A DNA stretch of 64,000 bases from Eledone cirrhosa (Eukaryota): the NCBI GenBank assembly GCA_964016885.1, contig OZ024743.1, positions 143,096,001 through 143,160,000 of the forward strand, in the 5' to 3' direction. Under the pieces are notes generated by a model that searched no databases, was not told the DNA's origin, and saw only the letters and a program-made list of their open reading frames with translations. Position 1 is the stretch's first letter; every line of letters begins with the position of its first letter. Of the stretch, positions 45,601-58,400 are shown piece by piece. The position numbers and the translations under genes are program-made.

Positions 45601-48439
45601 GGTGCTTGGTGCTTGGTGCTTTGTGTTTGGAGCTTGGTGCTTGGTGTTTGGTGTTTAGTGCTTGGTGCTTGGTGTTTGGTGCTTGCTGCTTGGTGCTTGG
45701 TGTTTGCTCTTTGGTGCTTGATGCTTGCTGTTTGGTGCTTGGTTCTTGGTGTTTGGTGCTTGGTGCTTGGTGCTTGGTGCTTTGTGTTTGTTGCTTGGTG
45801 CTTAATGCTTGGTGATTGGTGCTTGGTGCTTGGTGCCTGGTGCTTTGTGTTTGGTGTTGGTGCTTGGTGTTTGATATGTGGTGCTTGGTGCTTGGTGTTT
45901 GGTATTTGATGCTTGGTGCTTGGTGCTTGGTGTTTGGTGCTTGGTGTTTGGTGTTTGGTGTTTGGTGCTTGGTGCTAGGTGTTTGGTGCTTGGTGCTTGG
46001 TGTTTGGTGCTTGGTGCTTGGTGCTTGGTGTTTGCTGTTTGTTGTTTGGTGTTTGCTGTTTGGTGTTTGCTGTTTGGTGTTTGCTGTTTGGCGTTTGGTG
46101 TTTGCTGTTTGGTGTTTGTTGTTTGCGGTTTGGTGTTTGCTATTTGGTGTTTGGTGTTTGCTGTTTGGTGTTTGCTGTTCGGTGTTTGCTGTTTGGTGTT
46201 TGCTGTTTGGCCTTTGCTGTTTGCTGTTTGCTATTTGGTGTTTGGTGTTTGCTGTTTCGTGTTTGCTGTTTGGTGTTTGCTGTGTGGTGTTTGGTGTTTG
46301 GTGTTTGGTGCTTCGTGCTTGGTTTTTTCTCTTTGGTGCTTGGTGCTTGGTGTTTGGTGCTTGGTGCTTGGTGTTTGGTGTTTGATGCTTGGTGCTTGGT
46401 GCTTGGTGATTGGTGCTTGGTGTTTGGAATTTGGTGCATGGTGCTTGGTGCTTGGTGCTTGGTGCTTGTTGCTTTGTGTTTGTTGCTTGGTGCTTGGTGA
46501 TTGGTGCTTGGTGCTTGGTGTTTGGTATTTAGTGCTTGGTGCTTGGTGCTTGGTGTTTGGTGTTTGGTGATTGGTGCTTGGCGTTTGGTGTTTCTCGTTT
46601 GATATTTGGCTTTTTCTGTTTGCTGTTTGGTGTTTGCTGTTTGGTGTTTGCTGGTTGGTGTTTGCCATTTGGTGTTTTCTGTTTGCTGTTTGGTGTTTGC
46701 TGTTTGGTATTTGGTGTTTGGTGTTTGGTCTTTGCTGTTTGGTGATTGGTGTTTGGTGTTTGGTGTTTGGTGCTTGCTGCTTGGTGCTTTGTGTTTGGCG
46801 CTTGGTGCTTGGTGCTTGGTGCTTGGTGTTTGGTGTTTGGTACTTGGTGCTTGGTGTTTGGTGTTTGGTGCTTGGTGCTTGGTGTTTGGTGATTGGTGCT
46901 TGGTGCTTGGTGTTTGGTGGTTGGTGCTTGGTGTTTGGTGTTTGGTGCTTGGTGTTTGGTGCTTGGTGCTTGGTGCTTGGTCTTTGGTGCTTGGTGCTAG
47001 GTCCTTGGTGCCTGGTGTTTGGTGTTTGGTGCTTGGTGCTTGGTGCTTGGTGCTTGGTGCTTTGTACTTGGTGCTTGGTGTTTGGTGTTTGGTGCTGGGT
47101 GCTTTGTGTTTGGTGCTTGGTGCTTGGTACTTGGTGCTGTTGCTTGGTGCTTTGTGTTTGGTGCTTGGTGCATGGTGTTTGGTGTATAGTGCTTGGTGCT
47201 TGGTGTTTGGTGTTTGGTGCTTGGTGTTTGCTGTTTGGTGCTTGATGCTTGATGTTTGGTGTTTGGTGCTTGGTGTTTGGTGCTTGTTGCTTGGTGTTTG
47301 GTGTTTGGTGCTTGGTGTTTGGTGTTTGGTGCTTGGGGCTTGGTGCTTGGTGTTTGGTGATTGGTGCTTGGTGTTTGCTGTTTGGTGCTTGATGCTTGGT
47401 GTTTGGTGTTTGGTGCTTGGTGTTTGGTGCTTGGTGCTTGGTGTTTGGTGTTTGCTGTTTGCTGTTTGCTGTTTGGTGTTTGCTATTTGGTGTTTGGTGT
47501 TTGGTGCTTGGTGTTTGGTGCTTGGTGCTTGGTGTTTGGTGTTTGCTGTTTGGTGTTTGCTGTTTGGTGTTTGCTGTGTGGTGTTTGGTGTTTGGTGTTT
47601 GGTGCTTGGTGCTTGGTTTTTTCTCTTTGGTGCTTGGTGCATGGTGTTTGGTGCTTGGTCCTTGGTGTTTTTGGTGTTTGGTGCTTGGTGCTTGGTGCTT
47701 GGTGATTGGTGCTTGGTGTTTGGTGCCTGGTGTTTAGTGTTTGGTTATTGGTGCTTGGTGTTTGATGTGTGGTGCTTGGTGCTTGGTGTTTGGTATTTGG
47801 TGCTTGGTGCTTGGTGCTTGGTGTTTGGTGATTTGTTCTTGGTGCTTGGTGTTTGGTGCTTGGTGCTAGGTGTTTGGTGTTTGGTGCTTGGGGCTTGGTG
47901 TTTGGTGCTTGGTGCTTGGTGTTTGGTGTTTGGTGTTTGGTGCTTGGTGCTTGGTGCTTGGTGTTTAGTGCTTGGTGCTTGCTGCTTGGTGCTTGGTGCT
48001 TGGAGTTTGATGTTTAGTGCTTGGTGCTTGGTATTTGGTGTTTGGTGCTTGGTGCTTGGTGTTGGGTGTTTGGTGCTTGGTGCTTGGTGTTTGGTGATTG
48101 GTGCTTGGTGCTTGGTGTTTGGTCTTTGACCCTTGATGCTTGGTGTTTGGTGCTTGGTGCTTGGTTCTTGGTGTTTGGTGTTTGGTGTTTGGTGCTTGGT
48201 GTTTGGTGTTTGGTGTTTGCTGTTTGGTGTTTGCTGTGTGGTGTTTGGTGTTTGGTGCTTGGTGCTTGGTGTTTGGTGTTTGGTGCTTGGTGCTTGGTGT
48301 TTGTTGCTTGGTGCTTGGTGCTTGGTGATTGGTGCTTGGTGCTTGGTGCCTGGTGCTTTGTGTTTGGTGTTGGTGCTTGGTGTTTGATATGTGGTGCTTG
48401 GTGCTTGGTGTTTGGTATTTGATGCTTGGTGCTTGGAGA

Positions 48440-51400
48440 TTGGCGTTTGGTGCTTGGTGTTTGGTGTTTCGTGTTTGGTGCTTGGTTCTAGGTGTTTGGT
48501 GCTTGGTGCTTGGTGTTTGGTGCTTGGTGCTTGGTGCTTGTTGTTTGCTGTTTGTTGTTTGGTGTTTGGTGTTTGGTGCTTGGTGTTTGGTTCTTGGTGC
48601 TGGTGTTTGGTGTTTGCTGTTTGCTGTTTGGTGTTTGCTATTTGGTGTTTGGTGTTTGCTGTTTCGTGTTTGCTGTTTGGTGTTTGCTGTGTGGTGTTTG
48701 GTGTTTGGTGTTTGGTGCTTGGTGCTTGGTTTTTTCTCTTTGGTGCTTGGTACTTGGTGTTTGGTGCTTGGTGCTTGGTGTTTGGTGTTTGATGCTTGGT
48801 GCTTGGTGCTTGGTGATTGGTGCTTGGTGTTTGGTATTTGGTGCATGGTGCTTGGTGCTTGGTGCTTGGTGCTTGGTGCTTTATGTTTGTTGCTTGGTGC
48901 TTGGTGCTTTGTGTTTGTTGCTTGGTGCTTCGTGATTGGTGCTTGGTGCTTGGTGTTTGGTATTTAGTGCTTGGTGCTTGGTGCTTGGTGTTTGGTGTTT
49001 GGTGATTGGTGCTTGGCGTTTGGTGTTTCTCGTTTGATGTTTGGCTTTTTCTGTTTGCTGTTTGGTGTTTGCTGTTTGGTGTTTGGTGCTTGGTGCTTGT
49101 TTTTTTCTCTTTGGTGCTTGGTGCTTGGTGTTTGGTGCTTGGTCCTTGGTGTTTTTGGTGTTTGGTGCTTGGTGCTTGGTGCTTGGTGATTGGTGCTTGG
49201 TGTTTGGTGCCTGGTGTTTAGTGTTTGGTTATTGGTGCTTGGTGTTTGATGTGTGGTGCTTGGTGCTTGGTGTTTGGTATTTGGTGCTTGGTGCTTGGTG
49301 CTTGGTGTTTGGTGATTTGTTCTTGGTGCTTGGTGTTTGGTGCTTGGTGCTAGGTGTTTGGTGTTTGGTGCTTGGGGCTTGGTGTTTGGTGCTTGGTGCT
49401 TGGTGTTTGGTGTTTGGTGTTTGGTGCTTGGTACTTGGTGTTTTGTGTTTGGTGTTTGGTGCTTGGTGCTTGGTGCTTGGTGTTTGGTGCTTGGTGCTTG
49501 CTGCTTGGTGCTTGGTGCTTGGAGTTTGGTGTTTAGTGCTTGGTGCTTGGTATTTGGTGTTTGGTGCTTGGTGCTTGGTGTTTGGTGTTTGGTGCTTGGT
49601 GCTTGGTGTTTGGTGATTGGTGCTTGGTGCTTGGTGTTTGGTCTTTGGCCCTTGATGCTTGGTGTTTGGTGCTTGGTGCTTGGTTCTTGGTGTTTGGTGT
49701 TTGGTGTTTGGTGCTTGGTGTTTGGTGTTTGGTGTTTGCTGTTTGGTGTTTGGTGTTTGCTGTTTGGTGTTTGCTGTGTGGTGTTTGGTGTTTGGTGCTT
49801 GGTGCTTGGTGTTTGGTGTTTGGTGCTTGGTGCTTGGTGTTTGTTGCTTGGTGCTTGGTGCTTGGTGATTGGTGCTTGGTGCTTGGTGCCTGGTGCTTTG
49901 TGTTTGGTGTTGGTGCTTGGTGTTTGATATGTGGCGTTTGGTGCTTGGTGTTTGGTGTTTCGTGTTTGGTGCTTGGTTCTAGGTGTTTGGTGCTTGGTGC
50001 TTGGTGTTTGGTGCTTGGTGCTTGGTGCTTGTTGTTTGCTGTTTGTTGTTTGGTGTTTGGTGTTTGGTGCTTGGTGTTTGGTTCTTGGTGCTGGTGTTTG
50101 GTGTTTGCTGTTTGCTGTATGGTGTTTGCTATTTGGTGTTTGGTGTTTGCTGTTTCGTGTTTGCTGTTTGGTGTTTGCTGTGTGGTGTTTGGTGTTTGGT
50201 GTTTGGTGCTTGATGCTTGGTTTTTTCTCTTTGGTGCTTGGTGCTTGGTGTTTGGTGCTTGGTGCTTGGTGTTTGGTGTTTGATGCTTGGTGCTTGGTGC
50301 TTGGTGATTGGTGCTTGGTGTTTGGTATTTGGTGCATGATGCTTGGTGCTTGGTGCTTGGTGCTTGGTGCTTTATGTTTGTTGCTTGGTGCTTGGTGCTT
50401 TGTGTTTGTTGCTTGGTGCTTGGTGATTGGTGCTTGGTGCTTGGTGTTTGGTATTTAGTGCTTGGTGCTTGGTGCTTGGTGTTTGGTGTTTGGTGATTGG
50501 TGCTTGGCGTTTGGTGTTTCTCGTTTGATGTTTGGCTTTTTCTGTTTGCTGTTTGGTGTTTGCTCTTTGGTGTTTGCTGTTTGGTGTTTGCTGGTTAGTG
50601 TTTGCCGTTTGGTGTTTTCTGTTTGCTGTTTGGTGTTTGCTGTTTGGTATTTGGTGTTTGGTGTTTGGTCTTTGCTGTTTGGTGATTGGTGTTTGGTGTT
50701 TGGTGTTTGGTGCTTGCTGCTTGGTGCTTGGTGTTTGGCGCTTGGTGCTTGGTGCTTGGTGCTTGGTGTTTGGTACTTGGTGCTTGGTGTTTGGTGTTTG
50801 GTGCTTGGTGCTTGGTGTTTGGTGATTGGTGCTTGGTGCTTGGTGTTTGGTGGTTGGTGCTTGGTGTTTTGTGTTTGATGCTTGGTGTTTGGTGCTTGGT
50901 GCTTGGTGCTTGGTCTTTGGTGCTTGGTGCTAGGTCCTTGGTGCTTGGTGTTTGGTGTTTGGTGCTTGGTGCTTGGTGTTTGCTGCTTGGTGCTTGGTGC
51001 TTTGTACTTGGTGCTTGGTGTTTGGTGTTTGGTGCTGGGTGCTTTGTGTTTGGTGCTTGGTGCTTGGTACTTGGTGCTGTTGCTTGGTGCTTTGTGTTTG
51101 GTGCTTGGTGTTTGGTGTTTAGTGCTTGGTGCTTGGTGTTTGGTGTTTGGTGCTTGTTGCTTGGTGTTTGCTGTTTGGTGCTTGATGCTTGGTGTTTGGT
51201 GTTTGGTGCTTGGTGTTTGGTGTTTGGTGCTTGGTGTTTGGTGTTTGGTGCTTGGTGTTTGGTGTTTGGTGCTTGGGGCTTGGTGCTTGGTGTTTGGTGA
51301 TTGGTGCTTGGTGTTTGCTGTTTGGTGCTTGATGCTTGGTGTTTGGTGTTTGGTGCTTGGTGTTTGGTGCTTGGTGCTTGGTGTTTGGTGTTTGCTGTTT

Positions 51401-52400
51401 GCTGTTTGCTGTTTGGTGTTTGCTATTTGGTGTTTGGTGTTTGGTGCTTGGTGTTTGGTGCTTGGTGCTTGGTGTTTGGTGTTTGCTGTTTGGTGTTTGC
51501 TGTTTGGTGTTTGCTGTGTGGTGTTTGGTGTTTGGTGTTTGGTGCTTGGTGCTTGGTTTTTTTCTCTTTGGTGCTTGGTGCTTGGTGTTTGGTGCTTGGT
51601 CCTTGGTGTTTTTGGTGTTTGGTGCTTGGTGCTTGGTGCTTGGTGATTGTTGCTTGGTGTTTGGTGCCTGGTGTTTAGTGTTTGGTTATTGGTGCTTGGT
51701 GTTTGATGTGTGGTGCTTGGTGCTTGGTGTTTGATATTTGGTGCTTGGTGCTTGGTGCTTGGTGTTTGGTGATTTGTTCTTGGTGCTTGGTGTTTGGTGC
51801 TTGGTGCTAGGTGTTTGGTGTTTGGTGCTTGGGGCTTGGTGTTTGGTGCTTGGTGCTTGGTGTTTGGTGTTTGGTGTTTGGTGCTTGGTACTTGGTGTTT
51901 TGTGTTTGGTGTTTGGTGCTTGGTGCTTGGTGCTTGGTGTTTGGTGCTTGGTGCTTGGTGCTTGGTGCTTGGTGCTTGGAGTTTGGTGTTTAGTGCTTGG
52001 TGCTTGGTATTTGGTGTTTGGTGCTTGGTGCTTGGTGTTTGGTGTTTGGTGCTTGGTGCTTGGTGTTTGGTGATTGGTGCTTGGTGCTTGGTGTTTGGTC
52101 TTTGGCCCTTGATGCTTGGTGTTTGGTGCTTGGTGCTTGGTTCTTGGTGTTTGGTGTTTGGTGTTTGGTGCTTGGTGTTTGGTGTTTGGTGTTTGCTGTT
52201 TGGTGTTTGGTGTTTGCTGTTTGGTGTTTGCTGTGTGGTGTTTGGTGTTTGGTGCTTGGTGCTTGGTGTTTGGTGTTTGGTGCTTGGTGCTTGGTGTTTG
52301 TTGCTTGGTGCTTGGTGCTTGGTGATTGGTGCTTGGTGCTTGGTGCCTGGTGCTTTGTGTTTGGTGTTGGTGCTTGGTGTTTGATATGTGGTGCTTGGTG
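48440..52400. repeat. Interleaved duplicated segments at offsets 1491 bp and 2457 bp
   Basis: ORF offsets 48492/49983 and 48817/50308 (1491 = 213x7); 49337/51794, 49540/51997 and 49659/52116 (2457 = 351x7). Confidence 0.8.
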
Positions 52401-54599
52401 CTTGGTGTTTGGTATTTGATGCTTGGTGCTTGGTGATTGGCGTTTGGTGCTTGGTGTTTGGTGTTTCGTGTTTGGTGCTTGGTTCTAGGTGTTTGGTGCT
52501 TGGTGCTTGGTGTTTCGTGGTTGGTGCTTGGTGCTTGTTGTTTGCTGTTTGTTGTTTGGTGTTTGCTGTTTGGTGTTTGCTCTTTGGTGTTTGCTGTTTG
52601 GCGTTTGGTGTTTGCTGTTTGGTGTTTGTTGTTTGCGGTTTGGTGCTTGCTATTTGGTGTTTGGTGTTTGCTGTTTGGTGTTTGCTGTTCGGTGTTTGCT
52701 GTTTGGTGTTTGGTGTTTGGTGCTTGGTGCTTGGTGCTTTGTGTTTGTTGCTTGGTCCTTGGTGCTTTGTGTTTGTTGCTTGGTGCTTGGTGCTTGGTGC
52801 TTGGTGCTTTGTGTTTGGTATTTGGTGCTTGATGCTTGGTGCTTGGTGTTTGGTGTTTGGTGCTTGGTGCTTGGCGTTTGGTGTTTCTCGTTTGATGTTT
52901 GGCTTTTTCTGTTTGCTGTTTGGTGTTTGCTGTTTGGTGTTTGCTGTTTGGTGTTTGCTGTTTGGTGTTTGCTGGTTGGTGTTTGCCGTTTGGTGTTTTC
53001 TGTTTGCTGTTTGGTGTTTGCTGTTTGTTATTTGGTGTTTGGTCTTTGGTCTTTGCTGTTTGGTGATTGGTGTTTGGTGTTTGGTGTTTGGTGCTTGCTG
53101 CTTGGTGCTTGGTGTTTGGTGCTTGGTGCTTGTTACTTGGTGCTTGGTGTTTGGTGTTTGGTACTTGGTGCTTGGTGTTTGGTGTTTGGTGCTTGGTGCT
53201 TGGTGTTTGGTGTTTGGGGCTTGGTGCTTGGTGTTTGGTGATTGGTGCTTGGCGCTTGGTGTTTGGTGCTTGGTGCTAGCTGTTTGGTGTTTGGCGCTTG
53301 GTGCTTGGTGTTTGGTGCTTGGTGCTTGGTGTTTGGTGTTTGGTGCTTGGTGTTTGGTACTTGATGCTTGGTGCTTGGTCTTTGGTGCTTGGTGTTTGGT
53401 GCTTGGTGCTTGGTGTTTGGTACTTGGTGCTTGGTGCTTGGTGTTTGGTGCTTCGTGCTTGGTGCTTGGTGTTTGGTGCTTCGTGCTTGGTCCTTGCTGC
53501 TTGGTGTTTGGTGCTTTGTGCTTGGTGCTTGGTGTTTGGTGTTTGGTGCTTGGTGATTGGTGTTTGGTGCTTGGGGCTTGGTGTCTGGTGTTTGGTGCTT
53601 GGTGCTTGGTGCTTAGTGTTTTGTGTTTGGTGTTTGGTGTTTGGTGCTTGGTGTTTGGTGTTTGGTGTTTGCTGTTTGGTGTTTGGTGTTTGCTGTTTGG
53701 TGTTTGCTATTTGGTGTTTGGTGTTTGCAGTTTGGTGTTTGTTGTGTGGTGTTTGGTGTTTGGTGCTTGGTGCTAGGTGTTTGGTGTTTGATGCTTGGTG
53801 CTTGGTGTTTGGTGCTTGGTGCTTGGTGCTTGGTGCTTGGTGCTTGGTGTTTGGTGCTTGGTGCTTGGTGTTTGGTGCTTGGTGCTTGGTGCTTGGTGCT
53901 TGGTGTTTGGTGCTTGGTGCTTGGTGCTTGGTGCTTTGTGTTTGGAGCTTGGTGCTTGGTGTTTGGTGCTTGGTGCTTGGTGCTTCGTGTTTGGTACTTG
54001 GTGCTTGGTGCTTGGTGCTTTGTGTTTGGTGCTTGGTGCTTGGTGTTTGGTGTTTAGTGCTTGGTGCTTGGTGTTTGGTGTTTGGTGCTTGGTGTTTGCT
54101 GTTTGGTGCTTGATGCTTGGTGTTTGGTGCTTGGTGCTTGGTGTTTGGTGCTTGGTGCTTGGTGCTTGGTGTTTGGTCCTTGGTGCTTGGTGTTTGGTGT
54201 ATGGCGCTTGGTGCTTGGTGTTTGGTGCTTGGTGCTTGGTGTTTGGTGATTGGTGCTTGGTGTTTGGTGCTTGGTGCTTGGTGCTTGGTCTTTGGTGCTT
54301 GGTGCTAGGTCCTTGGTGCTTGGTGTTTGGTGTTTGGTGTTTGGTGCTTGGTGCTTGCTTCTTGGTGCTTGGTGCTTGGTGCTTGGTGCTTTGTGTTTGG
54401 TGTTTGCTGTTTGGTGCTTGATGCTTGGTGTTTGGTGTTTGGTGCTTGGTGTTTGGTGCTTGGTGCTTGGTGTTTGGTGTTTGGTGCTTGGTGTTTGGTG
54501 TTTGGTGCTTGGGGCTTGGTGCTTGGTGTTTGGTGCTTGGTGCTTGGTGTTTGCTCTTTGGTGCTTGATGCTTGGTGTTTGGTATTTGGTGCTTGGTGT

Positions 54600-55450
54600 T
54601 TGGTGCTTGGTGCTTGGTGTTTGGTGTTTGCTGTTTGCTGTTTGCTGTTTGGTGTTTGCTATTTGGTGTTTGGTGTTTGCTGTTTGGTGTTTGCTGTTTG
54701 GTGTTTGCTGTGTGGTGTTTGGTGTTTGGTGTTTGGTGCTTGGTGCTTGGTGTTTTCTCTTTGGTGCTTGGTGCTTGGTGTTTGGTGCTTGGTCCTTGGT
54801 GTTTGGTGTTTGGTGCTTGGTGCTTGGCGATTGGTGCTTGGTGTTTGGTGCCTGGTGTTTGGTGTTTGGTTATTGGTGCTTGGTGTTTGATGTGTGGTGC
54901 TTGGTGCTTGGTGTTTGGTATTTGGTGCTTGGTGCTTGGTGCTTGGTGTTTGGTGCTTTGTTCTTGGTGCTTGGTGTTTGGTGCTTGGTGATAGGTGTTT
55001 GGTGCTTGATGCTTGGTGTTTGCTGTTTGGTGCTTGGTGTTTGGTGCTGGGTGCTTGGTGTTTGGTGTTTGCTGTTTGCTGTTTGCTGTTTGGTGTTTGC
55101 CATTTGGTGTTTGGTGTTTGCTGTTTGGTGTTTGCTGTTTGGTGTTTGCTGTGTGGTGTTTGGTGTTTGGTGTTTGGTGCTTGGTGCTTGGTGTTTTCTC
55201 TTTGGTGCTTGGTGCTTGGTGTTTGGTGCTTGGTCCTTGGTGTTTGGTGTTTGATGCTTGGTGCTTGGTGCTTGGTGATTGGTGCTTGGTGTTTGGTGTT
55301 TGGTGCTTGGTGTTTGGTTATTGGTGCTTGGTGTTTGATGTGTGGTGCTTGGTGCTTGGTGTTTGGTATTTGGTGCTTGGTGCTTGGTGCTTGGTGTTTG
55401 GTGCTTTGTTCTTGGTGCTTGGTGTTTGGTACTTGGTGATAGGTGTTTGG
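54600..55450. repeat. Tandem duplication, period 448 bp (64 monomers)
   Basis: ORF starts 54894/55342; markers TTTTCTCTTTGG, GGTTATTGG, GATGTGTGG and GATAGG each recur at +448. Confidence 0.8.
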
Positions 55451-58400
55451 TGTTTGGTGCTTGGTACTTGGTGTTTGGTACTTGGTGCTTGGTGCTTGTT
55501 GTTTGCTACTTGGTGCTTGGTATTTGGTGTTTGGTGCTTGGTGCTTGTTGTTTGGTGTTTGGTGCTTGGTGCTTGGTGTTTGGTGATTGGTGCTTGGTGC
55601 TTGGTGTTTGGTCTTTGGCGCTTGATGCTTGGTGTTTGGTGCTTGGTGCTTGGTTCTTGGTGTTTGGTGTTTGGTGTTTGGTGCTTGGTGTTTGGTGTTT
55701 GGTGTTTGCTGTTTGGTGTTTGGTGTTTGCTGTTTGGTGTTTGCTATTTGGTGTTTGGTGTTTGCAGTTTGGTGTTTGCTGTTTGGTGTTTGCTGTGTGG
55801 TGTTTGGTGTTTGGTGCTTGGTGCTAGGTGTTTGGTGCTTGGTGCTTGGTGTTTGGTGCTTGGTGCTTGGTGCTTGGTGTTTGCTGTTTGTTGTTTGGTG
55901 TTAGCTGTTTGGTGTTTGCTGTTTGGTGTTTGCTGTTTGGCGTTTGGTGTTTGCTGTTTGGTGTTTGTTGTTTGCGGTTTGGTGTTTGCTATTTGGTGTT
56001 TGGTGTTTGCTGTTTGGTGTTTGCTGTTCGGTGTTTGCTGTTTGGTGTTTGGTGTTTGGTGCTTGGTGCTTGGTGTTTGGTGTTTGGTGCTTGGTGCTTG
56101 GTGCTTGGTGCTTTGTGTTTGTTGCTTGGTCCTTGGGGCTTTGTGTTTGTTGCTTGGTGCTTGGTGATTGGTGCTTGGTGCTTGGTGTTTGGTATTTGGT
56201 GCTTGGCGCTTGGTGCTTGGTGTTTGGTGTTTGGTGCTTTGTGCTTGGCGTTTGGTGTTTCTCGTTTGATGTTTGGCTTTTTCTGTTTGCTGTTTGGTGT
56301 TTGCTGTTTGCTATTTGGTGTTTTGTGTTTGCTGTTTGGTGTTTGCTGCTTGGTGTTTGCCGTTTGGTGTTTTCTGTTTGCTGTTTGGTGTTTGCTGTTT
56401 GGTGATTGGTGTTTGGTGCTTGCTGCTTGGTGCTTGGTGTTTGGTGCTTGGTGCTTGTTACTTGGTGCTTGGTGTTTGGTGTTTGGTACTTGGTGCTTGG
56501 TGTTTGGTGTTTGGTGCTTGGTGCTTGGTGTTTGGTGTTTGGTGTTTGGTGCTTGGTGCTTAGGTGTTTGGTGATTGGTGCTTGGTGCTTGGTGTTTGGT
56601 GCTTGGTGCTAGGTGTTTGGTGTTTGGCGCTTGGTGCTTGGTGTTTGGTGCTTGGTGCTTGGTGTTTGGTGTTTGGTCTTTGGTACTTGATGGTTGGTGC
56701 TTGGTCTTTGGTGCTTGGTGCTTGGTGCTTGGTGCTTGGTGTTTGGTGATTGGTCCTTGGTGCTTGGTGTTTGGTGCTTGGTGTTTGGTCCTTGCTGCTT
56801 GGTGATTGGTGCTTTGTGCTTGGTGCTTGGTGTTTGGTGTTTGGTGCTTGGTGTTTGGTGTTTGGTGCTTGGTGCTTGGTGCTTGTTGTTTGGTGCTTGG
56901 TGCTTGGTGCTTGGTGTTTGGTGCTTGGTGCTTGGTGCTTGGTGTTTGGTGTTTGGTGCTTGGTGTTTGGTGTTTGGTGTCTGGTGCTTGGTGCTTGGTG
57001 TTTGGTGCTTGGTGCTTGGCGTTTGGTGTTTCTTGTTTGATGTTTGGCTTTTTCTGTTTGCTGTTTGGTGTTTGCTGTTTGCTATTTGGTGTTTTGTGTT
57101 TGCTGTTTGGTGTTTGCTGTTTGGTGTTTGCCGTTTGGTGTTTTATGTTTGCTGTTTGGTGTTTGCTGTTTGGTATTTGGTGTTTGGTGTTTGGTCTTTG
57201 CTGTTTGGTGTTTGGTGCTTGGTGCTTGGTGCTTGCTGCTTGCTGCTTGGTGCTTGGTGCTTTGTGTTTGATGCTTGGTGCTTGGTGTTTGGTGTTTAGT
57301 GCTTGGTGCTTGGTGTTTGGTGTTTGATGCTTGGTGCTTGGTGTTTGGCTTTTGGTGCTTGGTGCTTGGTGTTTGCTGTTTGGTGCTTGATGCTTGGTGT
57401 TTGGTGTTTGGTGCTTGGTGTTTGGTGCTTGGTGCTTGGTGTTTGGTGTTTGGTGCTTGGTGTTTGGTGTTTGGTGCTTGGGGCTTGGTGTTTGGTGCTT
57501 GGTGCTTGGTGTTTGCTGTTTGGTGCTTGGTGCTTGGTGTTTGGTGTTTGATGCTTGGTGCTTGGTGTTTGGTGTTTGGTGCTTGGTGCTTGGTGTTTGC
57601 TGTTTGGTGCTTGATGCTTGGTGTTTGGTGTTTGGTGCTTGGTGTTTGGTGCTTGGTGCTTGGTGTTTGGTGTTTGCTGTTTGCTGTTTGCTGTTTGGTG
57701 CTTGGTGCTTTGTGTTTTCTCTTTGGTGCTTGGTGCTTGGTGTTTGGTGGTTGGTCCTTGGTGATTGGTGCTTGGTGTTTGGGGCCTGCTGTTTGGTGCT
57801 TTGTTCTTGGTGCTTGGTGCTTGGTGCTTGGAGTTTGGTGTTTAGTGCTTGGTGCTTGGTATTTGGTGTTTGGTGCTTGGTGCTTGGTGTTTGGTGTTTG
57901 GTGCTTGGTGCTTGGTGTTTGGTGATTGGCGCTTGATGCTTGGTGTTTGGTGCTTGGTGCTTGGTTCTTGGTGTTTGGTGTTTGGTGTTTGGTGCTTGGT
58001 ACTTGGTCTTTGGTGTTTGCTGTTTGGTGTTTGGTGTTTGCTGTTTGGTGTTTGCTATTTGGTGTTTGGTGTTTGCAGTTTGGTGTTTGCTGTTTGGTGT
58101 TTGCTGTGTGGTGTTTGGTGTTTGGTGCTTGGTGCTTGGTGTTTGGTGTTTGGTGTTTGCTGTTTGCTGTTTGCTGTTTGGTGTTTGCCATTTGGTGTTT
58201 GGTGTTTGCTGTTTGGTGTTTGCTGTTTGGTGTTTGCTGTGTGGTGTTTGGTGTTTGGTGTTTGGTGCTTGGTGCTTGGTGTTTTCTCTTTGGTGCTTGG
58301 TGCTTGGTGTTTGGTGCTTGGTCCTTGGTGTTTGGTGTTTGATGCTTGGTGCTTGGTGCTTGGTGATTGGTGCTTGGTGTTTGGTGTTTGGTGCTTGGTG

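Noticed and set aside
51553-51570. T-tracts (GGTTTTTTTCTC) as intrinsic terminators
   Set aside because: No preceding hairpin; they are variant monomers, and this copy has one extra T compared with ~47613, consistent with homopolymer slippage or error.
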